The position numbers and the translations under genes were made by a program. DNA of 64,000 nt from a virus, in IMG/VR virus record IMGVR_UViG_3300032069_000007, positions 1 through 64,000 of that record; one strand, given 5' to 3'. Below the pieces are notes generated by a model. It saw only the letters and a list, made by a program, of their open reading frames with translations. It had not been told where the DNA came from and did no database searches. Shown here one piece after another: positions 30,275-40,352 of the stretch (positions are counted from its first letter, which is position 1; every line of letters begins with the position of its first letter).

Positions 30275-30433
30275 ATGGCTGAAGCCGTTCCCGAACCCGC
30301 ATTGTGGGCAGCCAAGCCGCAGCCTGACCGCAACGTCGGCGACGGGTGGCCTGCTTGGGACATTGAGTGCGATCGCTGGCGCGACCCAGAACGACCAAGG
30401 GAGCAAAGATGGCGCCGACCGAAACCGCAGTAA
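30275..30433 (+). CDS. small hypothetical protein (52 aa, below ORF track cutoff)
   Basis: RBS ggaggg then ATG; MAEAVPEPALW...KPQ*. Confidence 0.4.
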   Translation: MAEAVPEPALWAAKPQPDRNVGDGWPAWDIECDRWRDPERPREQRWRRPKPQ

Positions 30434-33400
30434 AGCCCGTTCTGGATTTGCACGACCTCGAGAAGTCGAGGGTGAGGGCGTACACCCGGCGTGGATCGAG
30501 TGGTCAGCCAGTTCAGGTTGCCGAGTATCAGACGAAGGTCCAGAAGAGACCGCAAGCCCCCGGCGGGCCGCGTCTCACGGTCGCGCGTCAGCCAGCAACT
30601 CGCTCTGCCAGAAGCCGGTTAGCCTCTGCCTCGTCGATGCGCTTCCCATCGCGCAGAAGGTCGGCGTACAGGACGTCAGCACGCACCCAGTCCGCATCCC
30701 AGGGTGAGCGGCGCTCCACGGCATCCAAGGAGGTCTTGCCTTCGTCCTCCGACTCGACCCAGGAACGGCAGACGGTGTCGCCGTCCAAAACCCAGTATGT
30801 TAGTTCGCGGTCTGGCACTGTCCGGTCCACCCCCAAGGTCATTATACCACGAACAGCAGCGGCAACGACATCGGCGGCGCTCAGCCGCAGAATATCCAAC
30901 CTCGAGAGCACCGGCAACGGTCACGAGGTCGCAAAGTATGCGGCGGCGATCGCGGCTCACCTCAAGGACGCACCGACGCCCTTCAAGGGAACGTGGGAGG
31001 ACAAGCGACAGCCGACAGGCGACATCCCGGACCTACTGCAGCTTGCAGAGAGTGCCAAGCCGAACTTTGAAGCGAGTCTGGGGAGGATCGCTGATCGGCA
31101 CGGCGGGGCTAGTGCCTGCCGCATCAAGCAGGAACAAACGCTCAGGACGCGGATGCGCGACAAGGGCCGGCCCGCTGATACCGTGACGGACATTCTCGGC
31201 GGCCGGATCATCACCGATGACCCTGCGCACATCGCTCCCGTTCTTCGAGAGTTGCGAGAACTCTATCCCGTAGTAGAGGATGAAGATAAGTTCGCCCACC
31301 CTACGTCCTTTGGCTACTGCGCCCGGCACGTGCTGGTCAAACTGCCGAGCGGCCTTACGGCCGAAGTCCAGGTCAACCTCCGAGAATCCATCGAAATCCA
31401 GGATGTCGTCAGCCACCCGATCTACGAGGAGCTTCGCGCACCGAAGCGCAGGACCGTCGAAGAGCGCCAGGCGTTGCTCGCGAAGGTGGACGAGATACGG
31501 GGCCGGTACGCCGAGGTTCTGCGCAAGGCGACTGCGGCTCTCGGATTGGTGGTCAAGTCGCTCGTTGTTCGGTCCGTTGCGGCCTTCCAGGAGGCGAAGC
31601 ACCCGCGAGTGCCACAAGGGCAGCGGGATGCCGAGGGTCGAACCGGCGGCGAGTTCGCGCCCAACCGCACCGGCAGATATACGCGGAAGGTCGTGACGCC
31701 GCGCGGCAACGTCGTCTACGTGTACCCGAAGCGCGTGGCCCAGGCCCGGCAGTCGGCCAAGTTTCGAGGGATGCAGAAGTTGGCGGGAAAACTGCCGACA
31801 ATCCGCACTGCCCTCTCGCAGGATATCCGGCGCAGGGACCTCGAGGAGCGAAGAGTCTGCGCCGTTGCAGTCGCACTGATAGACAGCCTGCACTTCCGGG
31901 TCGGCACAGAGGGGGCCGAGACCGCCGGCGAGCCGACGTACGGCGTGACGACGCTTTTGGGTGACCACGTGCGCAACACGGACGCCAAGATCATCTTCCA
32001 GTTCCGCGGCAAGAAAGGGGTCCAATGGTCGCGGGAACTCCACAAGCCCGATGACCCGGATCTGGCGAGCGCCGTGGAGCAGATCTTGAGCGGCGTCGGA
32101 CCGGACGAGCGCGTTTTCCGCTTTCGGGGCGCGCGCGGTCTCGAGCCTCTGACCGGGTATCGTGTTGAGAAGTACCTCAAGAGGTGGAACACGACGCCGA
32201 AGGCGTTCAGGACATTGCACGGGTCATACCTGGCGCACAGTGCGCTGTCACAATTTGTCAGCCAGCACCGCGGTCAGCGGCAGTCCAGGAAGCAGGTGAA
32301 AGCAGATATTCGCGAGGTCTGTAGCTATGTTTCCGCGGAACTGGGGAACACGCCCGCGATCGCGAAGCGGAGCTACATAATGCCGGAGATCATCCGAAGC
32401 TACATTGAGTCCGAGGGCACAAGGGTCGAGCCAGACCTCAAAATGGGGAAATCATTGGACGTCTGCCAGCTCTGGATTTTGGCAAACGAGCACGGTCAGG
32501 TCCGCGGGTTCCTCCACAATGCGACGGAGCACGTCGAGCGGTTCGCGGACCAGCTCGCAAAGGCCCGAGTGGAGAAGTCCGACCAGGAGGTCGAGAAGTC
32601 ACAGTTGGGGCTGCCGTACCATCTCGAAGGCGGGGTTGGCTCGGCGCACAGGGGGGCCAAGAAGCGGCTCGGCAGGCGCGCGCTGATAGTCCGGACAGGC
32701 CGACAGCCAAAAGCGGCAGGCGATCCCGACCTGTCGCGGAAGATCAAGCGCATTGTCGGAGTCGTTGATACCCGCCAATACGAGGAGATCGGCGACACGT
32801 GGAAGCCCATCGCCGGTAGTGGGACAGTGAACCAATGTGCGCGCTGCGGGAAGGACCATGAGGTTCATGCGACGGTCGAGCTTCAGGACGGCACGCACGC
32901 CGTAGTCGGCACGAGCTGCATGAAGGCCGACAACATGGAGATGGCGCTGCGCTTCGAGAAGCTCGACCGGGCGGCCAGGCGGCTGCGGCAGCTCGAAGCC
33001 GAAAAAGCAAAGTACGATAGGGAAGTGCAGCAGTACCAGGGGGCGCTCGCGGAGGTCAGGGCGATGCCGAAGCCTCCGATCGAGGTCGTTATTGCTGAGG
33101 ACCACCCTTGGTCACGGTACGAGTACAGAATGGGCGAAGCTAGGTGCTGGGGCGAGAAGCCCGATGATCCAGAGCGGCGCATGTGCGTAACATCGAACTG
33201 GGAGACGAAAGAGCTCGTGAAGCGCGGGATCCCGCACGGGCGGCGTCCTTACCCACTCCACGAATTTGACAGGGAAATCGCCAAGGTGAAAAGGCGGATC
33301 GAGGCGGTCAAGGCAGAGTCGGAAGTCGAGAAGTCCTCTCTCTCGCGCGCGCGCAAGATAGTCACGGAGATGTACGAAAATCTTTCAAGCGATGCCACGC

Positions 33401-36400
33401 TCGAGTTCGCTCAAGACGGCGAATGGTATATCGTTCCCCGCATTGAGAAGGCCGGCGCTGCGACAGCAGAACCAAAACAGAAGGAGTGGTGGTCAGGAGC
33501 TGCGACCGGAGACGAGCGCTGGATCACCGTCCATCCGGACCCGGGCAGTCCTGAGAACTACCGCCACGTCAAGGTTCGGCTCAGGCCCTCCGGCAAGTGG
33601 CACATCATCGCCGGCGGAACCGGCCTCGAGCACGAAGAGATCGTTCCGAAGCACAAACTGACGCCGGAAGAACGGGAGCGCTACGAGGAGCGCCGGAAGA
33701 AGATGGAGGGGATCCGCAAGGAGCGCGAAAAGGGCCTTGAGCGGCTGACCGAGGTGCGGGAACAGCACACGAGCGTAAAAGCCGAGCAGATGGGGATAGC
33801 ACCCACACTGACCGAGGACACGCGGCGGGCCGTCGAGCACAGGGCAGAGACACGGGCGGAGGATGCCGGCCTGACCGGAGACGACCGGGACCGGTTTGTA
33901 GCCCGCGCTGTCCACGAAGCTGAGACGCGGCACCACGCTTACGTGCGCCGGGCTTGGGATCGCCTTTACTATCAGGCTCACAAGATCGCCCAGGCAGAGG
34001 ACCCGGAGCTCGCCGTTGGCGAAATAGCGAAACGGCACGACGAAGAGGAGGATCGGGCCGCTGATGAAGCCGCGGGCAAGGTGGAATCGAGCCTGCGAGA
34101 GATGATCGGCAAGCCGGCCTCCTCGGGTGAACCGGAGGCTGAGGAGCCGAAGGCTGAAGTTGCCATCGCCGAGACCGAAAGAGCTCAGCCGATTTACCGG
34201 CCGCCGAAGGTCAAGCCGATCTCCTCCGTGGAGCAGGCTATGAAGATCATTAGCCTGGAGAAGCAATCCCGCAAGATGATCGCAGAAGGCCGGAAGGAGC
34301 TTGCGAAGCTGCCCGAGGAGGAACTGTCCGGGACAGGAACGCTCGAGCAGTTTCAGATTACCGCAGAACTTGCGGACGAGCAGGGCGCGATGGCTGCTGC
34401 TATCCGCTCCGTCGACGATGCCAGGCGCGCCAGCCTCAACTCTACGCTGGTCCGCTTGGCCGACGAAACGTTCCGATCCGAGGAGGGAGCGTACGAGCGA
34501 TACGGCAAGAAGCGGTACGACATTGGCCGGGCACAGGTCACAGGCGCCCTGGATGCACTGACCGGGATCTCTACCCGGTTTATAGGTTCTTCTTTCATAG
34601 ACAGGCCGCTGGTGGAGGCGCTGGGAGTCGAGGCTGCGGCAATGCTCGCAACCCGCGAGATTCTGCAAAAGCGTGGGAGGCTCGACTTGGACGACGTCAT
34701 AGCCGATATGGAGAGCTACCACGCGGGCGAAGCGATGAGGATCGCGCAAGAGGCCGTAGCGCAGCACGACGAGCTCGAGGGGATGCGGAAGACGGTTGAC
34801 GAATCCTCTGCGCGCGCGCTCGTTGAGGGCGGGGAGACAGGAAGGCTTTTCTCCACTGCCCAGGCCCTCGCTTTTGACGGCGAACTGAACGTAGACGCCG
34901 TAAGACACTTGGGCACGGCGATAGGATCCTTGCATGCGTCCGCGACGGTCATGGCGATGCTCCGGGCGGCGAAGTCCGGGAAAGGCAAGCTCGACGAACT
35001 CAAAGTGAACATTACAGACGAGGGCGATGTCGCTCTCATTGACAGGATGTTGCACCTCCGCGGTCACTACAAGGTCACGCACGACCCTGAGACCGGCACC
35101 ACCTCGGTCCTGCTTAATCCAAAGTCGCTGGCCCGCTACATGAAGTTTGCAGCCAAGGAGCGCGAAGAGTCCGACTACGCGAAGGCCCTGCAGAACGGCA
35201 CAGCGAAAATTGATGTCTCGGCAGCGCCGGAGGGCTGGAAGGACCGGTACACAAGCCCCATAGACCGCCAGGAGAGAGACTTCCATTGGAAGCCGATCCA
35301 GCGGCGCGCACAGGAGTTTTTCCTCAGCCAATGCACCGGCGACGACGGCGGCGCCCTGATCGACCTGGAAGTAGGAGGCGGAAAGACGATAATGGCGCTC
35401 GGCGCGATGGGATTCCTCCGCGACCAGGGGAAAGTGCAAAAGATGCTTTACATTGCACCGCAGGAGTCCCTGGTGGGCCAGGTCCTCGGCGAGGTCGGGG
35501 GATTCACCGACTGGAAGTCGAATCAGGTGCGCGGAGGCGCAAGGGCAAGTCTTGACGACATCAGGGGGCGCTATTCCGACCCTTCGTTCGTTCAGGTGGT
35601 TTCTGCCCCTACGGTGGGCGCAGACGTCCGCCGACTGGAGCAGCTTGGGGTAAACCCATCGGACTTCTTCCGCGAGCTCGGGTACGATGGAATGGTGGCC
35701 GACGAGGCCCACAAGTTGGTGTCTGGCGTCGGGGGGGGCAAGAACGCCCGCGCGCTCAGGCGTATGCGTATGCGCTACAACCTGGCGATGACCGGCACGC
35801 TCGTGACCAACGCGATCTCTCAGCCCTTCGACCTTGTCCGGTGGGTCGCGGGAGCAAAGGTGGACAGCCGTGCGAAGATTCTGCGCAAGTATGGGGAGGT
35901 CGGGCTGGGAACCACGGCATGGCAGGACGCTGTCAACGCCGACGTCCGCCAACAGGTGGATCGGCACACATTCCACGGGGCCGGGACCATCAAAGCCAAG
36001 CTCTATCGTAACGAACTGAAGGTGGGCCTCTCGGAGACGCAGCGGCAGGACCTTGCCCAGGCGGTTAAGGCGGACAAGGTGCGCCGTGATGAGTATGCCA
36101 AGTCCAGGCCAGCCACTCCCGAAAAGGCCGAGCAGGCGCGCAGAAAACTCGACTTCGACCGCGACCGCGAGGTCTTCGAGATTCTCCACAACCGGGACTG
36201 GAAGCAGAACGACAGGTTGCGCGAGATCGCAAAGACGATCAAGCGGACGGTGGCCGACAACCCTTCACAGAAGTTCATCCTAGTGGCCGATACTGATTAT
36301 GGACTCTCTGCCATCCGGTCGGTCACGCGGATGCTGGCTGATCTGGGCTACGGCGACAGGACAGCACTTTTCGCGAGTCAGGACGCCTCCGGTCAGGCGA

Positions 36401-36711
36401 TCTCACAGAAGAAGATGATGCGCGAACAGGCCCGCTTCGCGGTCGATTCTAGCTGCCAGTTCGCGGTACTTGCCGCTCCGCAGGCGATCGGGCGCAATAT
36501 GGAGGCCGCCGGAGTCTTGGTACACGTCACGCTCCCGCCGGACGCCGGGTCGGAGAAGCAGCGGACAGGGCGCGCCTGGCGCGAGGGCCGGCAGGGAGAT
36601 GTGAACGAGACGCTTTTCTATACCGACCAACATCCGTTTGATATGAGCCGCCTGCTGCAACTGAGGCGGACCGCAGGTCCGCTCGCCGCCATATCAGGAG
36701 GCCAACCGTGA
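30409..36711 (+). CDS. giant polyvalent protein: RelA/SpoT-like nucleotidyltransferase + topoisomerase IB + SNF2-like helicase
   Basis: RIK...DILGGRI...GY.ARH...AEVQV; FRVG..YGVTT, F.GKKG, K.FRT, LGNT.AI...SYI; VGGGKT, ADEAHK, MTGT, QRTGRAWREG. Confidence 0.88.
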   Translation: MAPTETAVKPVLDLHDLEKSRVRAYTRRGSSGQPVQVAEYQTKVQKRPQAPGGPRLTVARQPATRSARSRLASASSMRFPSRRRSAYRTSARTQSASQGERRSTASKEVLPSSSDSTQERQTVSPSKTQYVSSRSGTVRSTPKVIIPRTAAATTSAALSRRISNLESTGNGHEVAKYAAAIAAHLKDAPTPFKGTWEDKRQPTGDIPDLLQLAESAKPNFEASLGRIADRHGGASACRIKQEQTLRTRMRDKGRPADTVTDILGGRIITDDPAHIAPVLRELRELYPVVEDEDKFAHPTSFGYCARHVLVKLPSGLTAEVQVNLRESIEIQDVVSHPIYEELRAPKRRTVEERQALLAKVDEIRGRYAEVLRKATAALGLVVKSLVVRSVAAFQEAKHPRVPQGQRDAEGRTGGEFAPNRTGRYTRKVVTPRGNVVYVYPKRVAQARQSAKFRGMQKLAGKLPTIRTALSQDIRRRDLEERRVCAVAVALIDSLHFRVGTEGAETAGEPTYGVTTLLGDHVRNTDAKIIFQFRGKKGVQWSRELHKPDDPDLASAVEQILSGVGPDERVFRFRGARGLEPLTGYRVEKYLKRWNTTPKAFRTLHGSYLAHSALSQFVSQHRGQRQSRKQVKADIREVCSYVSAELGNTPAIAKRSYIMPEIIRSYIESEGTRVEPDLKMGKSLDVCQLWILANEHGQVRGFLHNATEHVERFADQLAKARVEKSDQEVEKSQLGLPYHLEGGVGSAHRGAKKRLGRRALIVRTGRQPKAAGDPDLSRKIKRIVGVVDTRQYEEIGDTWKPIAGSGTVNQCARCGKDHEVHATVELQDGTHAVVGTSCMKADNMEMALRFEKLDRAARRLRQLEAEKAKYDREVQQYQGALAEVRAMPKPPIEVVIAEDHPWSRYEYRMGEARCWGEKPDDPERRMCVTSNWETKELVKRGIPHGRRPYPLHEFDREIAKVKRRIEAVKAESEVEKSSLSRARKIVTEMYENLSSDATLEFAQDGEWYIVPRIEKAGAATAEPKQKEWWSGAATGDERWITVHPDPGSPENYRHVKVRLRPSGKWHIIAGGTGLEHEEIVPKHKLTPEERERYEERRKKMEGIRKEREKGLERLTEVREQHTSVKAEQMGIAPTLTEDTRRAVEHRAETRAEDAGLTGDDRDRFVARAVHEAETRHHAYVRRAWDRLYYQAHKIAQAEDPELAVGEIAKRHDEEEDRAADEAAGKVESSLREMIGKPASSGEPEAEEPKAEVAIAETERAQPIYRPPKVKPISSVEQAMKIISLEKQSRKMIAEGRKELAKLPEEELSGTGTLEQFQITAELADEQGAMAAAIRSVDDARRASLNSTLVRLADETFRSEEGAYERYGKKRYDIGRAQVTGALDALTGISTRFIGSSFIDRPLVEALGVEAAAMLATREILQKRGRLDLDDVIADMESYHAGEAMRIAQEAVAQHDELEGMRKTVDESSARALVEGGETGRLFSTAQALAFDGELNVDAVRHLGTAIGSLHASATVMAMLRAAKSGKGKLDELKVNITDEGDVALIDRMLHLRGHYKVTHDPETGTTSVLLNPKSLARYMKFAAKEREESDYAKALQNGTAKIDVSAAPEGWKDRYTSPIDRQERDFHWKPIQRRAQEFFLSQCTGDDGGALIDLEVGGGKTIMALGAMGFLRDQGKVQKMLYIAPQESLVGQVLGEVGGFTDWKSNQVRGGARASLDDIRGRYSDPSFVQVVSAPTVGADVRRLEQLGVNPSDFFRELGYDGMVADEAHKLVSGVGGGKNARALRRMRMRYNLAMTGTLVTNAISQPFDLVRWVAGAKVDSRAKILRKYGEVGLGTTAWQDAVNADVRQQVDRHTFHGAGTIKAKLYRNELKVGLSETQRQDLAQAVKADKVRRDEYAKSRPATPEKAEQARRKLDFDRDREVFEILHNRDWKQNDRLREIAKTIKRTVADNPSQKFILVADTDYGLSAIRSVTRMLADLGYGDRTALFASQDASGQAISQKKMMREQARFAVDSSCQFAVLAAPQAIGRNMEAAGVLVHVTLPPDAGSEKQRTGRAWREGRQGDVNETLFYTDQHPFDMSRLLQLRRTAGPLAAISGGQP
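30588..30818 (-). CDS. nested antisense small protein, candidate antitoxin/immunity for the RelA/SpoT domain
   Basis: MPDRELTYWVLDG...W...G.RIDEAEANRLLA; own TGgTATAAT (30849-30841) and SD GGGGGTG; host frame is Ser/Arg/Thr filler over the same span. Confidence 0.62.
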   Translation of the reverse strand: MPDRELTYWVLDGDTVCRSWVESEDEGKTSLDAVERRSPWDADWVRADVLYADLLRDGKRIDEAEANRLLAERVAG

Positions 36712-36798
36712 CCGTTCGTGATAGAACGTGCGCGTTCATCCGCGCGGCGATCCGGGCCCACCTGAGACGCTATCGGGCATGGCCGAAGGGGGACAGCG

Positions 36799-37071
36799 GT
36801 GGCTGAAACAAAGCACCTATCGGGGCTCATCGCCCATCAGTCGCTCCTCACGCACCGGCTCGCAGGTCGCGAGAAGGACCTCGAGGAGCACATGGACAAG
36901 ATCGAGCAGGCACTCAAAGTCAACGCCGAACGACAAGAAGGTTGCCGACGCCAGGGGAATCCGGAAGAGCTTTCGCGGCTTGTGGCAGACGAGAAGAGGC
37001 TCACGGCTGCTTACCAGCGACTTGCCGAAGTCGTGGGGCGCATTCATATCGCCCCAGTGAACGAGGAGTGA
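36799..37071 (+). CDS. small helical hypothetical protein
   Basis: RBS aaggggg; coiled-coil composition. Confidence 0.55.
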   Translation: MAETKHLSGLIAHQSLLTHRLAGREKDLEEHMDKIEQALKVNAERQEGCRRQGNPEELSRLVADEKRLTAAYQRLAEVVGRIHIAPVNEE

Positions 37072-37077
37072 TAAACA

Positions 37078-37416
37078 ATGTTGATGCTTATGCTAAGCAA
37101 GGAAGAGCGGTCTGCCCTGATGCGGCAAGTAACCGAGCGGATGCGGACCGTCGTCAAGGACTATCGCCGGACGCACAACATCACTCAAGCTCGACTTGCA
37201 CGCCAACTTGATTGTGGGAGTCCCGCCGTGATTGGCAACTACGAGAACGGCAAAACTATTCCCCATTTCTTCACGCTGACCCAACTGTTTCTGGTGTGCG
37301 TACAGAATGCCCCGGAAGATGTCCTCGACATGATGAGGCGTCTGGGTTTGCCGGTCGACGAGGCCCTAGTAGAGATCCGATCGGGAAGGGGGGTCCCCGA
37401 ATGCCAGCGTGGTTGA
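37078..37416 (+). CDS. XRE-family HTH regulator
   Basis: ITQARLARQL.C....IGNYENGKTIP. Confidence 0.8.
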   Translation: MLMLMLSKEERSALMRQVTERMRTVVKDYRRTHNITQARLARQLDCGSPAVIGNYENGKTIPHFFTLTQLFLVCVQNAPEDVLDMMRRLGLPVDEALVEIRSGRGVPECQRG

Positions 37417-40349
37417 GAGCGGAAGACGAAGATAAGTGGGATAAGGCGAAGGCGGCGGCAAAGGAGTCCTATCCGGACATGAAGGAAGACGATGACCGCT
37501 ACTGGGCTATCGTCACATCCATATTCAAGAAGATCGGAGGCAAGGCCGGAAAGAAGTCGCTTGCCGCGCCGACGATGGTGGTCGCCGTCGGGGGGTATGA
37601 TCCGCTGTTCAAGTCCGAGCGGCCATCGGTTACCGAACAGGGCGATAAGTTGTACATCCGCACCCCGTACCACACTGGCTTCATAGGCGACATCAGGGAC
37701 ATTCCCGGTCGGAGATGGGATCCGGACCGCAAGGTCTGGATCGTCGGCAAGGAGCACAGAGAACGGGTCGACGGCATCATAGGCAAGCATTTCCGGGAAG
37801 AGGAGCACCCGCGCGCTCCTGCTGGCCTGCCCGAAGGTGGCCAATTTGTACCCAAGGAGGGCATTGGGGCCAAGGGCCAACAACAAGCACAACCGTCGGG
37901 GGGCACGGTCGAGGGGGCGAAGGAGCCACCCACGCAGAAACAACTGGACTATATGGGCAAGTTGGTTGCGGAGCTAAGACAGGATTTGACCGATCGGCGG
38001 TTTAGTCCGCCGACGTACAATCACGGCCCGTTGCCGTTTGAGAAGCAAGCAATCCTCAATCTAAGCGATGCCTTAGAGGCGCGGCAACCTTCCCAGAGGC
38101 TTATCGAATACATCGACCGCCGATTAGCCAGCAGTCTCTTGGAGGCTATCGAATCTATGCACGACATGCCAAGGCGGCAAGCCTCCCTCGTGATCGACGC
38201 ACTCCGCAGTGGTTCCCTCCGCCAACTCGCCCAAGCGGTTGCGAACACACCGGGTTATTCGGAGGAGGCGTTTGAGGGCGCTAAGCGACGGCTCGACGCT
38301 CGCAGCGTCGACATCGTGAAGGAACTGGCCCAAGAACTCGGGGTTACGTTGACTCCGAGTGATGCTCAGCCCAGTAAGTCCTTGCGCCTCGTGCTCAAGG
38401 GGCAGTTATTCGGAACGGGCGTCCCGACCATCTACATAGTCCGCCACGGCAAGACCCACATGAACGGGGAGGGTGAACAGCCGGATCTCGTCCGCGGCTG
38501 GCTCGACCCACCGCTCGACGAAAAGGGCAAAGATGAGGCGAATAGGCTCGCAAAGGTCTTCGATTCAGTCCCGCTCACCAAGGTGTACACTTCCGATCTC
38601 AAACGATCAGAGGAGACCGCCAAGGTAATAGCTGCCGAGACGTCTGCGCCCATAGAGGTCTCTAGGGCCTTCCGGCCCTGGAACCTTGGCCGTCTTCAGG
38701 GATCCAGCTCCAGGCAGTCCACGCCCACCATCCGAAAGTTCGCAGGACAGAATCCCACTACTCCCGTGCCAGATGGCGAGTCCTTCGAGGACTTCAAACA
38801 CCGTTTCTTGGATGGCCTCAAGGGGCTAATGGACGATCTGGAGTCCGGGAAACCGCGCAGCGTCGTTATCGTGACCCACTATCGCAACCTGAAGCTCGCA
38901 CACGCCTGGGCCGCCGATGGCGGCAAGGCCGAGAAGGTCGACGTGAAGACTTTCCTCGCTGACGATATGCCGACCGGATATATCGGCAAGCTAACCTACG
39001 AAGGCGGCAAGTGGCATTTCGGAGCTGCGGAGGCGCAGATAGACGGAGCGATGCCCGAGGCCAAGAAATCTGTTTGCGGAACATTGGTAGTCGTTCTTCC
39101 TTCCAAGCGTGCGCCGGGTCCTCGGTTGGTGCTGAAGGGCCACAAGTTGCACTACCAGACGGACTTCCAGGGGATCTCCGTGTCCGTTGAGAATCGCAAG
39201 GGCAGCATCCGCCGGGGCAAGCAGAAAGGTGGCAAGGAGTGGGAAATGAAGATGTTCTACCTGTACGGCCGGATCCCGTACACCAAGGGCAAGGACGGCG
39301 AGGCCGTTGACTGCTTCATCGGCCCAAACAAGGAAAGCCAGAAGGTCTTCGTTATTCACCAGCGGACGCCAGACGGCAAGCACTATGATGAGGACAAGTG
39401 CATGCTCGGGTTTGACGATGAGGAGCACGCCCGCGACGCTTTTCTGGCGCACTACGACTCACAGAAGTTCCTCGGCGAGATCACGGAGATGGGCATTGAC
39501 AAGTTCAAGGAGAAGCTCAGTGAGACCCGCGAGTCCCCTAAGATGATAAAGAGTTTGCCGCAGCAGATCATCGTCCAGAAGTGGCGCAAGATAAAAGTCA
39601 AGGATGGCTTGACCATTCGAGTCCCTGGGGGGCCGCCAGTGGCGCCCAAGGGCAAATGCTATAAGCTAGTCATCGCTGAGGGCGCGGCGATTCAATGCTT
39701 CGCCCGGAAGGCTGATGCGGCGCGAGCGGCCAGGAAGATGAACGGCCAGGACCTGTGCGGCTTCTCATACGTGGACATCCCGACGTACCCGGACGGCAGA
39801 AAGGTTCGGGTCCACAAAGCGTGGCCGGAAGGGTCCCGTGTAGGAAGTTCCAAGGATGTCCACCGGGCCCTAAAGGAGATGGGGCACGAGGTCATCACTG
39901 GCAAGGGCGGGTTTCACATCAGGGGCAAGGGTTTTGTCTCGCTCGCCCAAGCGCGCAGGATGACCGGGATAAAGGCACCCAAGCGGAACTTTCGCGGGAG
40001 GATCGGGCCGTACGGGGATCTGGCCTGGGTAGCGGCGATCAACAGGGTCCGGGTCGGCAAGGCGCTGGATAACCCAATTCCCGTTGTGTTGGTCGAGAAA
40101 AGCGACAAGACTGAGGGCATGACGATCCGCATAAAGCACCTTACGCCGGAACAGAAGGAGCGCATCGCGAACTTGATGGGTCCCTGGCAGTGGATGGGCC
40201 ACGTTGGGACATCGCGGCCAACGGTGTTCTTCGCCGATGGGGACCGCGACTTTGGTCCGCAGGTCGAGGTAGACGGAGCACGGGTTGGAGGATTAACCCC
40301 AGATCTCGGCAAGCAGTACGAGGCGCACAAGGGCGTATTCGAGGTTTAG
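37401..40349 (+). CDS. polyvalent protein: small helical (ChaB-like) + HARP-like + histidine phosphatase + inorganic pyrophosphatase-like + unknown domains
   Basis: RRWDPDRKVW; IVRHG, TSDLKR..ET, GES, VTH; VENRKGS.R.G, YG.I..T.G.DGE.VD, DE.K.MLGF. Confidence 0.82.
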   Translation: MPAWLRAEDEDKWDKAKAAAKESYPDMKEDDDRYWAIVTSIFKKIGGKAGKKSLAAPTMVVAVGGYDPLFKSERPSVTEQGDKLYIRTPYHTGFIGDIRDIPGRRWDPDRKVWIVGKEHRERVDGIIGKHFREEEHPRAPAGLPEGGQFVPKEGIGAKGQQQAQPSGGTVEGAKEPPTQKQLDYMGKLVAELRQDLTDRRFSPPTYNHGPLPFEKQAILNLSDALEARQPSQRLIEYIDRRLASSLLEAIESMHDMPRRQASLVIDALRSGSLRQLAQAVANTPGYSEEAFEGAKRRLDARSVDIVKELAQELGVTLTPSDAQPSKSLRLVLKGQLFGTGVPTIYIVRHGKTHMNGEGEQPDLVRGWLDPPLDEKGKDEANRLAKVFDSVPLTKVYTSDLKRSEETAKVIAAETSAPIEVSRAFRPWNLGRLQGSSSRQSTPTIRKFAGQNPTTPVPDGESFEDFKHRFLDGLKGLMDDLESGKPRSVVIVTHYRNLKLAHAWAADGGKAEKVDVKTFLADDMPTGYIGKLTYEGGKWHFGAAEAQIDGAMPEAKKSVCGTLVVVLPSKRAPGPRLVLKGHKLHYQTDFQGISVSVENRKGSIRRGKQKGGKEWEMKMFYLYGRIPYTKGKDGEAVDCFIGPNKESQKVFVIHQRTPDGKHYDEDKCMLGFDDEEHARDAFLAHYDSQKFLGEITEMGIDKFKEKLSETRESPKMIKSLPQQIIVQKWRKIKVKDGLTIRVPGGPPVAPKGKCYKLVIAEGAAIQCFARKADAARAARKMNGQDLCGFSYVDIPTYPDGRKVRVHKAWPEGSRVGSSKDVHRALKEMGHEVITGKGGFHIRGKGFVSLAQARRMTGIKAPKRNFRGRIGPYGDLAWVAAINRVRVGKALDNPIPVVLVEKSDKTEGMTIRIKHLTPEQKERIANLMGPWQWMGHVGTSRPTVFFADGDRDFGPQVEVDGARVGGLTPDLGKQYEAHKGVFEV

Positions 40350-40352
40350 AGA

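Noticed and set aside
33493-36189. 898-aa antisense ORF (and similar ones at 31033-32220, 46161-47093, 20373-21320, 62781-63989)
   Set aside because: Shadow ORFs of GC-rich sense genes (the 898-aa one is codon-aligned); no motifs or promoter seen, and the sense frame carries the recognisable protein
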